A DNA stretch of 64,000 nucleotides from the NCBI RefSeq assembly GCF_036588685.1, contig NC_086382.1:44206001-44270000 (forward strand). Reading direction: 5' to 3'. Shown here one piece after another: positions 39,263 to 50,163 of this stretch (position 1 is the first letter of the stretch; each line of letters begins with the position of its first letter). A model generated the notes under the pieces. That model had not been told where the DNA came from. It saw only the letters and a list, made by a program, of their open reading frames with translations, and did no database searches. Position numbers and translations under genes: made by a program. The DNA is from Mytilus trossulus (lineage: Eukaryota).

Positions 39263-40196
39263 ATGGCGGAGAATGGAGACGAAGTACAGCATGTCGCAAA
39301 AACAAAAAGACCAATTGTTATGCCAGATGTCTTTACTGGTGAAGAAGAATGGACAGATTGGCTATTTCAGTTTGAAAGCTGCTCATCATTGAACGACTGG
39401 AATGATGGCTTAAAATGTAAATTCATTATAGTTAGATTGAAAGGAACGGCAGGTAAGGTTTAAAGCGATCTAGATGATGACACTAAGAAAGATTGGACTA
39501 AATTAAAAGCAGAACTAACTGCAAGGTTTGACACAACTACAAGGCCAGATCTTTATAAATCAGAGTTTATGGGAAGAAACCTTCGGAAACATATTTGGAA
39601 ATGGTTAATTCAATTAGAACTCTGGCACGTAAGGCATATCCATCTTTGTCAAATATTGTCCGAGATGAATTAGCCAAGGATCAGTTTTTAAGGGACCTAG
39701 ATAAGACAGAATTAGCTTTGAAAGTGAGACATGCAAATCCGAAACGCTTGATGAAGCTATAAGAATGACGTTAGAGTGGGAAGCAGTGGAGAAAGACGTT
39801 AAGGATACAAATACTGCTCCAGAACAGAAAATTTTGGCCACGATGACAGATGAAACGGGTGCATGTGCAAGTATCAACCCGTCAAAAACAGACGAGCTTA
39901 TTAGTCTGATGACAGACATGATGAAACTGATGAAAGAGGATAAAGAAAGAACAACAGTGTCTTCTAGATATCAGCCACGTGGAAGAGGAGGCTATGGTCG
40001 AGGGCAGCGAGGAGGAAATCAAAAGGACTTGCAATGTTGGACTTGTTATGATTTTGGCCATACAAGCAGAGAATGCCATAAAAATAGACAGACGGGACAG
40101 CGCGGGAAACCTGGTGGTTGCTGGACATGTGGGAGACCTGGGCACATTAGCAGAGATTGCAGCCAGAATCCGGGAAACGAAAACAGGCTGATGTGA
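39263..40196 (+). pseudogene. gag: gag, disrupted
   Basis: MPDVFTGEEEWTDWLFQFE N-terminus and two CX2CX4HX4C knuckles; stop at 39461 and frameshifts between ~39580 and 39750. Confidence 0.92.
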
Positions 40197-43100
40197 AGGG
40201 TCACACGTCAGCCAAAATATTGGACCCTGATAGAAATTACCCTTTGGATGAAGACAAGGTAGAAACTGACTGTTTTAGCACGGGACTGTCAATTGTTTGT
40301 AGTGGGAAGATTGAAGGAAGACTGGTGGATATGTTAGTCGATACTGGCTCAGTTTATACACTGATAAGTGAAGCTTTGTGGGAGACCTTACGGAGTAACT
40401 TGTGCACGAGTGATAGGTACAGGTGTGCAGCAGGTAGTAGCACTATTGTACCTAGTACACTTGAGTTAGTAAGGGAACAGCACAAGGTCGTATCAGCAAA
40501 TGGTGAACCTATTGATATCTTAGGGAAAACACAACTAAGTATTTGTATAGGACAGGAAGTGGGAAGACAGTCAGTTTTAGTAGCTAGGGACCTGGCACAG
40601 GAGTGCATCCTTGGGGTTGATTTTATGAGGGCCCATAAATTGATAATTGATTTTGATACCATGGCATTGAAATCTAAAACAACAAATATTTGCCTTAAGA
40701 AAGGAAACGCTAATCTTGCGTGTAACATAAAATGTGCTAAAAAAGAAGTAATTCCTGCTGGACATGAAAAGATTATTGACGGAAAACTTGTTGCTAAGGG
40801 CAGAGGAGAGGTTATGACGACAAATTATGTCGGTATAATTGAATCAAAATTAAGGCAAACAAATGAGAAACCTGTACTGTTAGCACGAAGCCTTGTAATG
40901 TCCAAAAAATTAACTGTACCATTGAGGGTAGCAAATTTTTCAAGTGAAGACGTGACAATCTACAAAAACACTACTCTAGGGATTTTCTCTACGATTGATG
41001 AGAACTTTGATAAAGACAAGGGTGTTTGTGGTGCGGTAAACAGTTCTACGGGTTGTACTGGCATCAGGAACACAATTGATAATATGCATGTTGATTGTTC
41101 ATTAAATCTTGAACAAAAAGGAAGACTCAATTCCCTGTTAGAGGAATATAGCAGCATATTTTCAAATGGACCAGCTGATCTTGGTCGAACCTCATTGGTG
41201 AAACACCACATTGAAACCGGTAGTAGTTGTCCCCTGCGACAAGGGGTAAGACGTGTGCCTATACACAAGCAGAAAGAAATCAAAGATCACATTGACAACA
41301 TGTTACAGGAAAGGATTATTCAGCCATCATGAAGCCCTTGGGCAGCTCCTGTGATTTTAGTGCCTAAGAAGGATGGTAGTACTAGGTTTTGTATTGATTA
41401 TCGCCGGATAAATTCAGTCACTAAAATAGATGCATATCCATTACCACGGATAGACCAGACGTTGGATGCTCTTGCAGGGGCAAAATTATTCTCTTCTCTC
41501 GATTTAGTTAGTGGTTACTGGCAGATAGAATTAGATGCTGAAAGCAGAGAGAAGAGTGCGTTTACAACCAACTGGGGACTTTACGAGTTTAATGTCATTT
41601 CCGTTTGGTCTCTGTGGGGCACCTAGCACTTTTCAGAGACTGATGGAAACAGTTCTGGCGGGATTACAGTGGGACCTGTGTTTAGTTTACCTTGATGACA
41701 TTATCATCTTTAGTCACACTTTCGATGAACATTTAGTCAGACTCAAGGAGGTATTCGAAAGAATTCGAGGAGCGAACTTGAAGTTAAAACCTTCCAAATG
41801 TCACCTTTTGAAATCAAGAATTAATTGTTTAGGTCATGTAATTTCAGAAAAAGGTATTGAACCCGATGAAGCAAAAATCAAAGCTGTTAAGGACTGGACC
41901 CCTCCAAAATCTGCATCAGAGGTTCAGCAATTTTTAGGATTCGCCTCGTATTATAGACGATTTGTTGCAAAGTTTTCAGATATTGCATCACCATTATATA
42001 AATTGACTCAACAAAATACACCATTTATTTGGAATGATCGATGCCAAGATGCATTCTTGGAGTTGAAGAGGAAACTAACGACGGAACCTATTTTGGCTTT
42101 TCCGCTCAGTGACTGTGAGTTCATAGTTGATACTGATGCGAGTGATTTTGGAATAGGCGCTGTACTCTCACAGGTCCAGAATGAAAAGGAAGTCGTTATA
42201 GCTTATTCGAGTCGAACATTGAGCAAGTCTGAAAGGAACTACTGTACTACGAGAAAAGAGCTTCTAGCATTAGTGTTTTTCATTAAACAATATCGTCATT
42301 ATTTGTATGGCAAGAAATTTCGGGCAAGAACAGATCACAAAGCACTGAAATGGCTTTTCTCAATGAAGGAACCGGAAGGTCAAACTGCTCGGTGGATCAC
42401 ACAGTTATCAGAGTATGAATTTTCTATAGAACACAGAGAAGGTAAACGTCATAGAAATGCAGACGGAATGTCTAGAATACCTTGCAACCAGTGTGGTAAT
42501 GAGGATAATAATAATGCTACCTCTGTTGTAAATAAGCAATTTTGTTATGAACAGAATGATACGTCGAGGAGACAACAAAAATTAGTGAATAAGAATGATA
42601 CATCAGCTGGTTCTGGAACAGCATGTTGCAGCTCTAGAATCACTGATACGTCATCTACGTTAAGAGACCAGTCATCAAATGATAGTTTCCAGAAAGCGCA
42701 ACAGAAACAAGACAAAGACATTTATATGGTTTTATCTTGGGACATTGGAAATAGACGACCAGAATTTCGTGACGTTGAAGGAAAAAGTCCTGTGGTTAAG
42801 GACTTGTGGAGCAAGTTTGACCAATTGGTATTACACAATGAAATGCTATATATAAGATGGGAAAATGCAAGGAAAGAAGAATATAAATTGAAGATGGTTG
42901 TTCCACGTAAATTAGTCAATGAAATACTATACAACCTTCATACTAGCCCACTAGGGGGACATTTGGGAGTGTCAAAAACATTTGGAAAAGTTTCTGAAAG
43001 ATTTTATTGGTTTGGACTGAGGCGTGACGTTGAAAATTATGTCGCTAACTGCGTTGAATGTGTTACAAGGAAGAATCCGAGTAGAACAGCTAGAGCGCCG

Positions 43101-43736
43101 TTACAGCCACATTATTCTGGAGCTCCATTTGAGAAAATAGCAATTGACATATTGGAAGTGCCTATGTCGGATCAAGGGAACAGATTTATTGTGGTAATTG
43201 GAGATTATTTCTCTAAGTGGGCAGAGGCTTTCCCTTTAAAGAATCACACAGCTCCTGTGATCGCCGAAATCCTCATTGATCAGTTTGTATGTAGATTTGG
43301 TGCACCATTCCAATTGCATAGTTACCAGGGGCCTGAATTTGAGTCTCGACTGATATCAGAACTATGCAAGTTACTAGGAATTGATAAAACAAGGACGACT
43401 ACGTACCACCCTCAATCAGACGGTCAAGTTGAAAGATTCAATAGAACACTGCTCTCTATGCTCAGCAAGTACGTCAAAGAAAACCAAAGAGACTGGGATG
43501 TTCACCTACAAAAAGTGATGATGGGGTATAGAACTAGTGAACATGAGTCTACAAAGTTTTCCCCGGCTTATGTTCTTTTTGGAAGGGAACTTAGACTTCC
43601 ACTGGATGTGCAGTATCAGTTGCCTGATGGCAGCACTGCAAAACATGCCAGTGAATATGTGACGAGAACTAAGGAGAGATTTTTACAGGCATACGAAGTA
43701 GTAAGGGACTTTGTGCTTGACGATGAACTTGATTAA
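40157..43736 (+). pseudogene. pol: pol (protease, RT, RNase H, integrase), disrupted
   Basis: LVDTGS, YLDD, VDTDAS, HHCC, IAIDI..HSYQG..GQVER. Stop at 41330, frameshift at ~41600, second catalytic Asp of integrase changed to Tyr, C-terminus short. Confidence 0.95.
40172..40213 (+). promoter_or_regulatory. -1 programmed ribosomal frameshift signal (gag-pol)
   Basis: G GGA AAC in the gag phase (40172-40178), 7-nt spacer, stem GGCUGAUGUG/CACGUCAGCC (40186-40213); pol is in the -1 frame. Confidence 0.85.
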
Positions 43737-43842
43737 CTTTATGACAATTGATATATTTTAAACATGTGTGTAAATTTTGTCGTATCAAGAATTTATTTTA
43801 TTCATATAGATACGAGGACGTGTCTTACATAGTGGAGGACAA

Positions 43843-44100
43843 TGTTATATGGTACGTTATAGTGTTTGTTACGTTATCAGATTAGATCGGTGATGAGGGA
43901 GACCGGAAGTGAGATTGTCGTCAGGACAAAAGCGTGTGGCAGATTTAAAAAGGACAATTAGTTGTTACTGGACCAGATGAGTTAAGTTGAACATTTACTA
44001 ACATTCTCAACTGTTATCTTGTTGTACATATTCAATTACAAATGTAAATAATAAACTGATTGATACGTTTACTTCTTGTGTGTTCTTCTTGTGTGTTACA
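43843..44100 (+). repeat. 3' LTR (258 bp)
   Basis: TGTTAT...GTTACA with an extra 13-bp duplication CTTCTTGTGTGTT; preceded by AGTGGAGGACAA. Confidence 0.95.
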
Positions 44101-46402
44101 ATAGCATAGAATTAACGTATATTCCATATTTTTTCGAATTGGTGCTTAGCGGGCTGATATGAAAAGTTTATCACATGCTTCGATTGTTATCACATGTCTT
44201 TCCGTAAAGTTATCACATGACATTCCGGTAATACTCGACAAATTCCGGAAAATACACCTCAAGACTACGTTTTCAGTGAAAACATTACAAAGTAGTGCAT
44301 AAAACAATTATGTGGATACTGGAAAGTTTATTGTGTAAAATAATATGAAAAATAAACAAAAACAAAAACAAACAAATTTTTCAATAAATGCATTTTTTTT
44401 AAAGTTTGAAACATAATTTAGAAAGCTACTTTAAAAAAGGTTGGCTTTTCCAAACAATATTCATTATGTTTATTGTTGGGGTTTTTTTTTTGTCGATTCG
44501 TCCATGTTAAAATATTGGGTTTTTTTCTGTTGAGGCATATGATAGAAAGATTTAAATCGAATGAACAAAAATTTGGGTCCGACGTCCGTGGACTTTTCAC
44601 TCTCTAAAAGGATCAATATATGAATCTATTATTTTTCTTTACTGTTGAAGCAACAATCAATATGTTGACGCAAGAAGCAATATCAGCCCTCGAGCCATGC
44701 GGCTCTTGGGCTGATATTGAACCTAGGGCTGATAATACATGTGATATGAAAAATGCCATGTAATAATCTGATATTATTTCACATGTGAAATTATCGGTTT
44801 TTATTTAACTGGGAAATCAATTTAATTCATTGCAACCAATGTAATAATATTTGATAACTTAGTGAACCGCTTTATTAATATGAAAATATTATTGTTTTCT
44901 AAATCTCTTTAAATCTTGACCAAAATTAGTATATGTCTACTTTTAGGATTAAACTATATCATGTCATATTACAGAGGGCCCAGATGGGGTTAACATAATA
45001 GAGAATTATGGGTAAAAGGTGCAGAATAAATTGTTTAAAATATTATAAATAGAGGGGGGGGAAAAGAATAGAAAATAAGCTGTTAATTATACCAAAAAAA
45101 AAGTTCTTAATGGACAACTGAATAAAGAAAAGAGGAAATAAGATCTGAAAATTAAAGACAAAACAATTGAAGGAATCCCCTCCGGACCCTCATTGTTATT
45201 AACTAATATTGAGTATTTTGTATTACTTTTAAAAACATAAGATTTTTAACCGATTACGTACTCTCAAAATGATTTTCCAATCATTGAATAGATAATTTGG
45301 GGTTAAACTACATGTTCTATTTACAATGACGAAATCTATTGTTTGAAAGTATGGACGTGAAGATTTCGATCTAAGTTAAAAGCTTTGTTCAAGCATTGTT
45401 AAACTTTCATTTAGAAACTTTAAATGAATTTTGAAACGTAATGCATGTGGGTCTTTGACTTTTAATTAACTAGTTTGTCAAAGGAATAAAATAAAATCAT
45501 ACGTTAATGCATGAGAGATATATTTGTTAATGACTTACAATAATCAACAAATTGGGTGGAACTTTGTGCTGGAATTACACCAGTCCATAATATAGCATTC
45601 AGTATAAGGCTTCGACAGATTAATATATTTTGAAAAACATGGAAAAGGAAAAATGAGAAATATTGGAAAACATGCCATAATACAAATATAAGGTTAGTGT
45701 GCATCGTCCATGTGAATTTAAAACAAAAACAAAATCCTTTTTTTGTTTAAATCCTGTAACTATAGGTCAGACACGTATCAAACGATAATCACTGCATTAT
45801 CGTAGTTTCCTTACTTGGGACAAATGAATACAGAATGTGGCATTATTATGGTGTCATTTTATATAGAATAATAATATATAAGGATCGAATGAACGCCAAT
45901 GAGAAAACTCTCCCCCCGAGACCTACTGACATTGAAGTTAACAAAGTGATATAAATAATAAAGTGTGGTATGATAGCCAATGAGACAACAATCCACCAAA
46001 GTTCAAATGAAGTGGATGCAAGCAATCCCATGTATACGTCATCGTACGGTTTTCAACAATGAGCAAAATCCATACTGCATATTGAGCTATAAAAGGCCCG
46101 AGAAGAAAAATGTAAAACAAGAAAACGAACGGCCTAATTTATGAACAAAACAAATACGATATATAGCAACAAACGACAACCAGTACTGAATAACAGGCTG
46201 CTGACTCAAAAACAGACACATACAGAATGTTACGGGGTTAAACATGTTTGCTGGCACAAAACCCTCCCATTTCCTGGGACAGTGGTGTGAGATTACAACA
46301 TTATAACACGTATAAAGGTCAGTTTAAAAGAACTAAACTCATAAGACCGAGTCATCGCAGTTACTGAAAGCTAATAGATAAATCATGTAAATGTATCTAA
46401 GA

Positions 46403-46481
46403 CATCTTCGCGAGCCAAGGGTTACGAGCCATTTCATTCTTCTCCAGGGAGGTGGATCGTAGCCCTTGGCTAGCAAAGATG
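46403..46481. mobile_element. 79-bp micro-MITE with 10-bp TSD
   Basis: Imperfect ~29-bp TIRs CATCTT.../...AAGATG; GTATCTAAGA on both sides (46393-46402, 46482-46491). Confidence 0.85.
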
Positions 46482-47363
46482 GTATCTAAGAATAAAGTTA
46501 TTTTTATATTTACATGTTCTCCTTATTACTCCATCTATGTTATTTTACGTAGAATGACAATATGTCATGATGAGGGTAATAAGTATCGGATTATAGAATA
46601 GAGATTAATGAACAAAACTCATAAAAAATAAAAGAGGTAAAATTGTGGAAGCCAGACGCACGTTTCGAAATAGAACATGGGGAAAATGCAAGTATTGTCT
46701 TTTATTTTTAAAACACGAAAAAATGGTCGAGAAAATCCGCAAAAAGCAAAAATATTTGAAATATCAAATTCTACCTACTGTTTCAGATTTCCTTAGTTAT
46801 TATCTTAGATCAAATATAATAGATAAATCTTTAACAGAAACAAAAAATATCATCAGAGTTTTACCATCTGTGTGTGAAAACTATAATAGACACCGGTAAA
46901 ATAGACAAAATTAACCAACAAGACAGAAACCGCAAATAAGTAACGAGGAAGATAATGTTACTCAACAACTTATTTTTATAGGTGTAATTGCTCAAAATGA
47001 AAAGTAAACTGTTTATTTTTTCTCTTCTTTTTTTTGCGTTTTGAGCAAAAACTTAACATAGATAGAGAGAAACTGTAAACATGAAAAAAGATCAAGATTA
47101 CAATATTGTTAATTTTCTTGCAAAAATATTGAAGTTTTCTGTCGTAAGAAAGCAGAGCGTGTCTGTATTCGAGGGACTAAGAATATGAAAAATATTGTGT
47201 TGTCAGAAATGCAAAGTAGTAAACTATGGAAACATCCAACCATACTATCCACACTCATCTGTGTCCACACTTGTAAACTATGGAATAAATAATATGAATC
47301 AAAATAGTTTTTGATAGAAAAAAAGCTAAATTAGATGTTCTAATGAAAAAAAATTAAATCACA

Positions 47364-47580
47364 TTTAAAATAGCTGTTAACGAGAAACCCCATGGCGCTA
47401 TTACAAACTTACAATTGGTTTAAAATAGCTGTTCACGAAAACCCCATGGCGCTATTATAAACTTACAATGAGTTTAAAATAGCTGTTAACGCGAAACCCC
47501 ATGGCGCTATTACAAACTTACAATGGGTTTAAAATAGCTGTTCACGAGAAACCCCATGGCGCAATTACACACTTACAATG
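47364..47580. repeat. ~55-bp tandem repeat, 4 copies
   Basis: TTTAAAATAGCTGTT..AAACCCCATGGCGC..ACTTACAAT with period 54-55. Confidence 0.9.
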
Positions 47581-47939
47581 ATCAACATATGATAAAATAT
47601 AAAAATATATATTTATAATTTCATGATATTTTTATTATTTTTGGATTAAATGGATTAATTGCGAGTCATTGATTTACGAATAATTAAAAACTAACAATAA
47701 ATATAGTACAATAATAATAAATTATTTTGTTAAAGTGTCACGTGTTGATTAACAGTGGAACAATAGGTTCATAAGGGATGACACTTGTGGTTTTTATGAA
47801 TATACGGAGATAAGGCGTTAATTATTTAGTTTATATTGTAAGCATACAAAGCAGTCTAATTACGACTACATGTGTATATGAATAAGTTGATTGAGTTTTT
47901 AATTGAATATGTGTTGCATTTCCTATTTTGTGAACCGAA

Positions 47940-48050
47940 AATTTCAAAAATAAGATGTATCACAATTTCAAAAATAAGATATATAACATAATTTCAAAAA
48001 TAAGATATATAACATAATTTCAAAAATAAGATATATAACATAATTTCAAA
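47940..48050. repeat. ~26-bp tandem repeat, ~4 copies
   Basis: AATTTCAAAAATAAGATATATAACAT repeated. Confidence 0.85.
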
Positions 48051-48214
48051 GATGAAATGAATAATTATGTGATACTGATTCAGTGTGTCCAGAATAAACA
48101 TCTCTTGGTCACTCATTCTTGTAGTAAAATAGATTAAAATTAAAACAAGATAGAATGTCTTCCGTAGACGGGTGTTCGTTCTATTCGTCTTCCTAATGAA
48201 AAAGCTGACAGAAC

Positions 48215-48335
48215 CAGGGGCGGATCCAGCGATTTTAAAAAGGGGGGTTCCAATTATATGCCCCCATTCAAATGCATTGATCTTCCCAAAAAAGGGGGGT
48301 TCCAACCCCCGGACCCCCTTTTGGATCCGCCAATG
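48215..48335. mobile_element. 121-bp MITE with 5-bp TSD
   Basis: TIR CAGGGGCGGATCCA / TGGATCCGCCAATG; AGAAC on both sides. Confidence 0.85.
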
Positions 48336-49062
48336 AGAACACTAGTCAAACATTCAATGGGATCATAGTGATGTTAGTATGTAAAGCTACGTTTAACACC
48401 AAGAGTTCACATATTACCGACCGTTGGAGGGCTGAAAAGCCCGTCAAGGTCGTTAAACACTTCCATATATATGAGTTCATATCGACCACGCGAGGGCTTT
48501 ATAGTTAGTCAATATTCATTATGTTTTTCGCAGAATTCGTTTAACTCTATCAAAATAGTAACGGGGGCTTTAGTCCACTACAAAAATAATATTCTAGTCG
48601 GAAAGATTGGTATTTAATGAGTTTGTTTCCAATCAAAATCCAGCCCAGTGAATCAATACACAAAACATATACTAGAGATCACTGTGTATTTCTGACAAAT
48701 GTAGTTTAGGTAAATAATTATTAATGAGTAAATTCGCCACCAGAATTTTTGCTGAATTTAAATTAAACTTTATCTTAAAATTTCAATGCAATAATACATT
48801 TTCACCTTTCCATCATATCAATTTTCCGTAACCCCATGCAATTAAGTCATCTTAAAATCTTATTTGTCATGTGACATGTCAAACATGATTGTCCTGCTTT
48901 AAAATTAATATTTTATATAGCACCTTGTAAGAATCACGTCAATATTTGTAAACATTTCTTGATTGTTTATTTTCTTTTTATTAGGGGATTGTTTGATCAG
49001 CACGTATTGTTGTAGTAATCCGATTTAAGATGGACATTTATTGACTCCGTACAAAGTAATCA

Positions 49063-50163
49063 ATGACCGCCATTGCTTCACAAAAAGCTTACCTGTATGA
49101 AACGAGGGGCAGTGCAAAGGGAAGGCAGAGGCACAATTTGGACTATAAACTTGAAGGTCGTCATGCAACGCTCGCTTGTCGGGATTCTGCATCGCTTAAA
49201 GGAAAATTTTCATTAAGTATAGGACGCAAAGTAGATTTGTCTAAAGAAAAGGAAGAGAAAGAAAAAAGAAAAGATGAACGAAGCGATGCTGATCCTGTGA
49301 TTTTACCGAAATGTAGAGAGGAAACGTCGACCGATCTAATGGAAAAGTGCGAAACATCGGTTGAAGAATCGGCATATCAACTCATGCGTGAAAATACAGA
49401 TGACGTACCATTGACTGAAGAGCTTCTTAGTAATGATACAAATCTTTATCCAACTATATGTTCAGAATGTGCTAAATTAAGTCTGTATCGAAAAATTGGA
49501 CGGTTTAAAAATGCAATTATAAATGATGATAAGGAACTAAATACTTGTGTTATTTGTGAAAAAAAGAAACTTTCAAATAGGAAATCTGTGAAAGATGAAA
49601 AAACTTTACTGATGTCAATTATATATCCACATGATTTTTATGATCGATATCAGAGTGTAAGACGAAATTTCCAAACACCATCTGATGATGTTGAAAGAAA
49701 ACGAGAACGCATAAGGAAAACAATCCATCAGAAAACTATAGTGCCGAAACAGAGTATAACACTTCCGGATACCGTAAATGAAGGAGATAAAGTCCTCCTT
49801 AAGCCTCATGTTGTAAGATTCAAAGAAAAGGAGAAACAAAGGAGGGAAAGCATTGTAAATGTCGTAAATCATGAGTTCGAAATTGACAACAGAATTATAT
49901 CTAGTAGCATTAACATTCTACCGCCATTAAAAGTGACAACACCAATGCCTACGAAACCTAAGCATATGCGATGTATACCTCAGACGAAGGCTTACTTTGT
50001 CGCATCAATGACCTCTGAGAGTGTCTCAAGAGAACATAAGTGTTCTTGGTTTGATCAAAAGAAATCATTTAGAGGCTTTATGCTGTCAAGGAGTGAAAAA
50101 TTCGAAAGACCAAAACTAGCAGACGTGAGACACTGTAAGTATATTATTTCAGAAAATTCATAG
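49063..50163 (+). CDS. Uncharacterised 366-aa charged protein, single coding exon
   Basis: 1.1-kb non-repetitive ORF in AT-rich DNA; strong acceptor (TTTTCTTTTTATTAG, ~48984) upstream of the ATG; AATAAA just after the stop. Confidence 0.75.
   Translation: MTAIASQKAYLYETRGSAKGRQRHNLDYKLEGRHATLACRDSASLKGKFSLSIGRKVDLSKEKEEKEKRKDERSDADPVILPKCREETSTDLMEKCETSVEESAYQLMRENTDDVPLTEELLSNDTNLYPTICSECAKLSLYRKIGRFKNAIINDDKELNTCVICEKKKLSNRKSVKDEKTLLMSIIYPHDFYDRYQSVRRNFQTPSDDVERKRERIRKTIHQKTIVPKQSITLPDTVNEGDKVLLKPHVVRFKEKEKQRRESIVNVVNHEFEIDNRIISSSINILPPLKVTTPMPTKPKHMRCIPQTKAYFVASMTSESVSREHKCSWFDQKKSFRGFMLSRSEKFERPKLADVRHCKYIISENS

Larger units (their letters stand above)
37865..44100 (+). mobile_element. 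Ty3/Gypsy LTR retrotransposon, both LTRs present, coding region disabled
   Basis: LTRs 37865-38109 and 43843-44100; 4-bp TSD ATAG (37861-37864, 44101-44104); PBS; purine-rich tract before the 3' LTR; domain order PR-RT-RH-IN. Confidence 0.97.
37051..44778. repeat. Tandem dimer of a ~763-bp palindrome-bearing repeat; second unit split by the LTR element
   Basis: Units start at 37051 and 37814; the second unit resumes at 44105. Long internal hairpin at ~37680-37800. Confidence 0.85.

Noticed and set aside
39614-42934. Minus-strand ORFs within gag/pol
   Set aside because: Antisense shadows of coding sequence with no motifs.
43737-43842. env-like ORF after integrase
   Set aside because: Only ~100 bp lie between the pol end and the 3' LTR.
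47364-47580. CRISPR-like reading of the 55-, 45- and 42-bp repeats
   Set aside because: Contiguous tandem units with no unique spacers, no cas genes, and a eukaryotic context.
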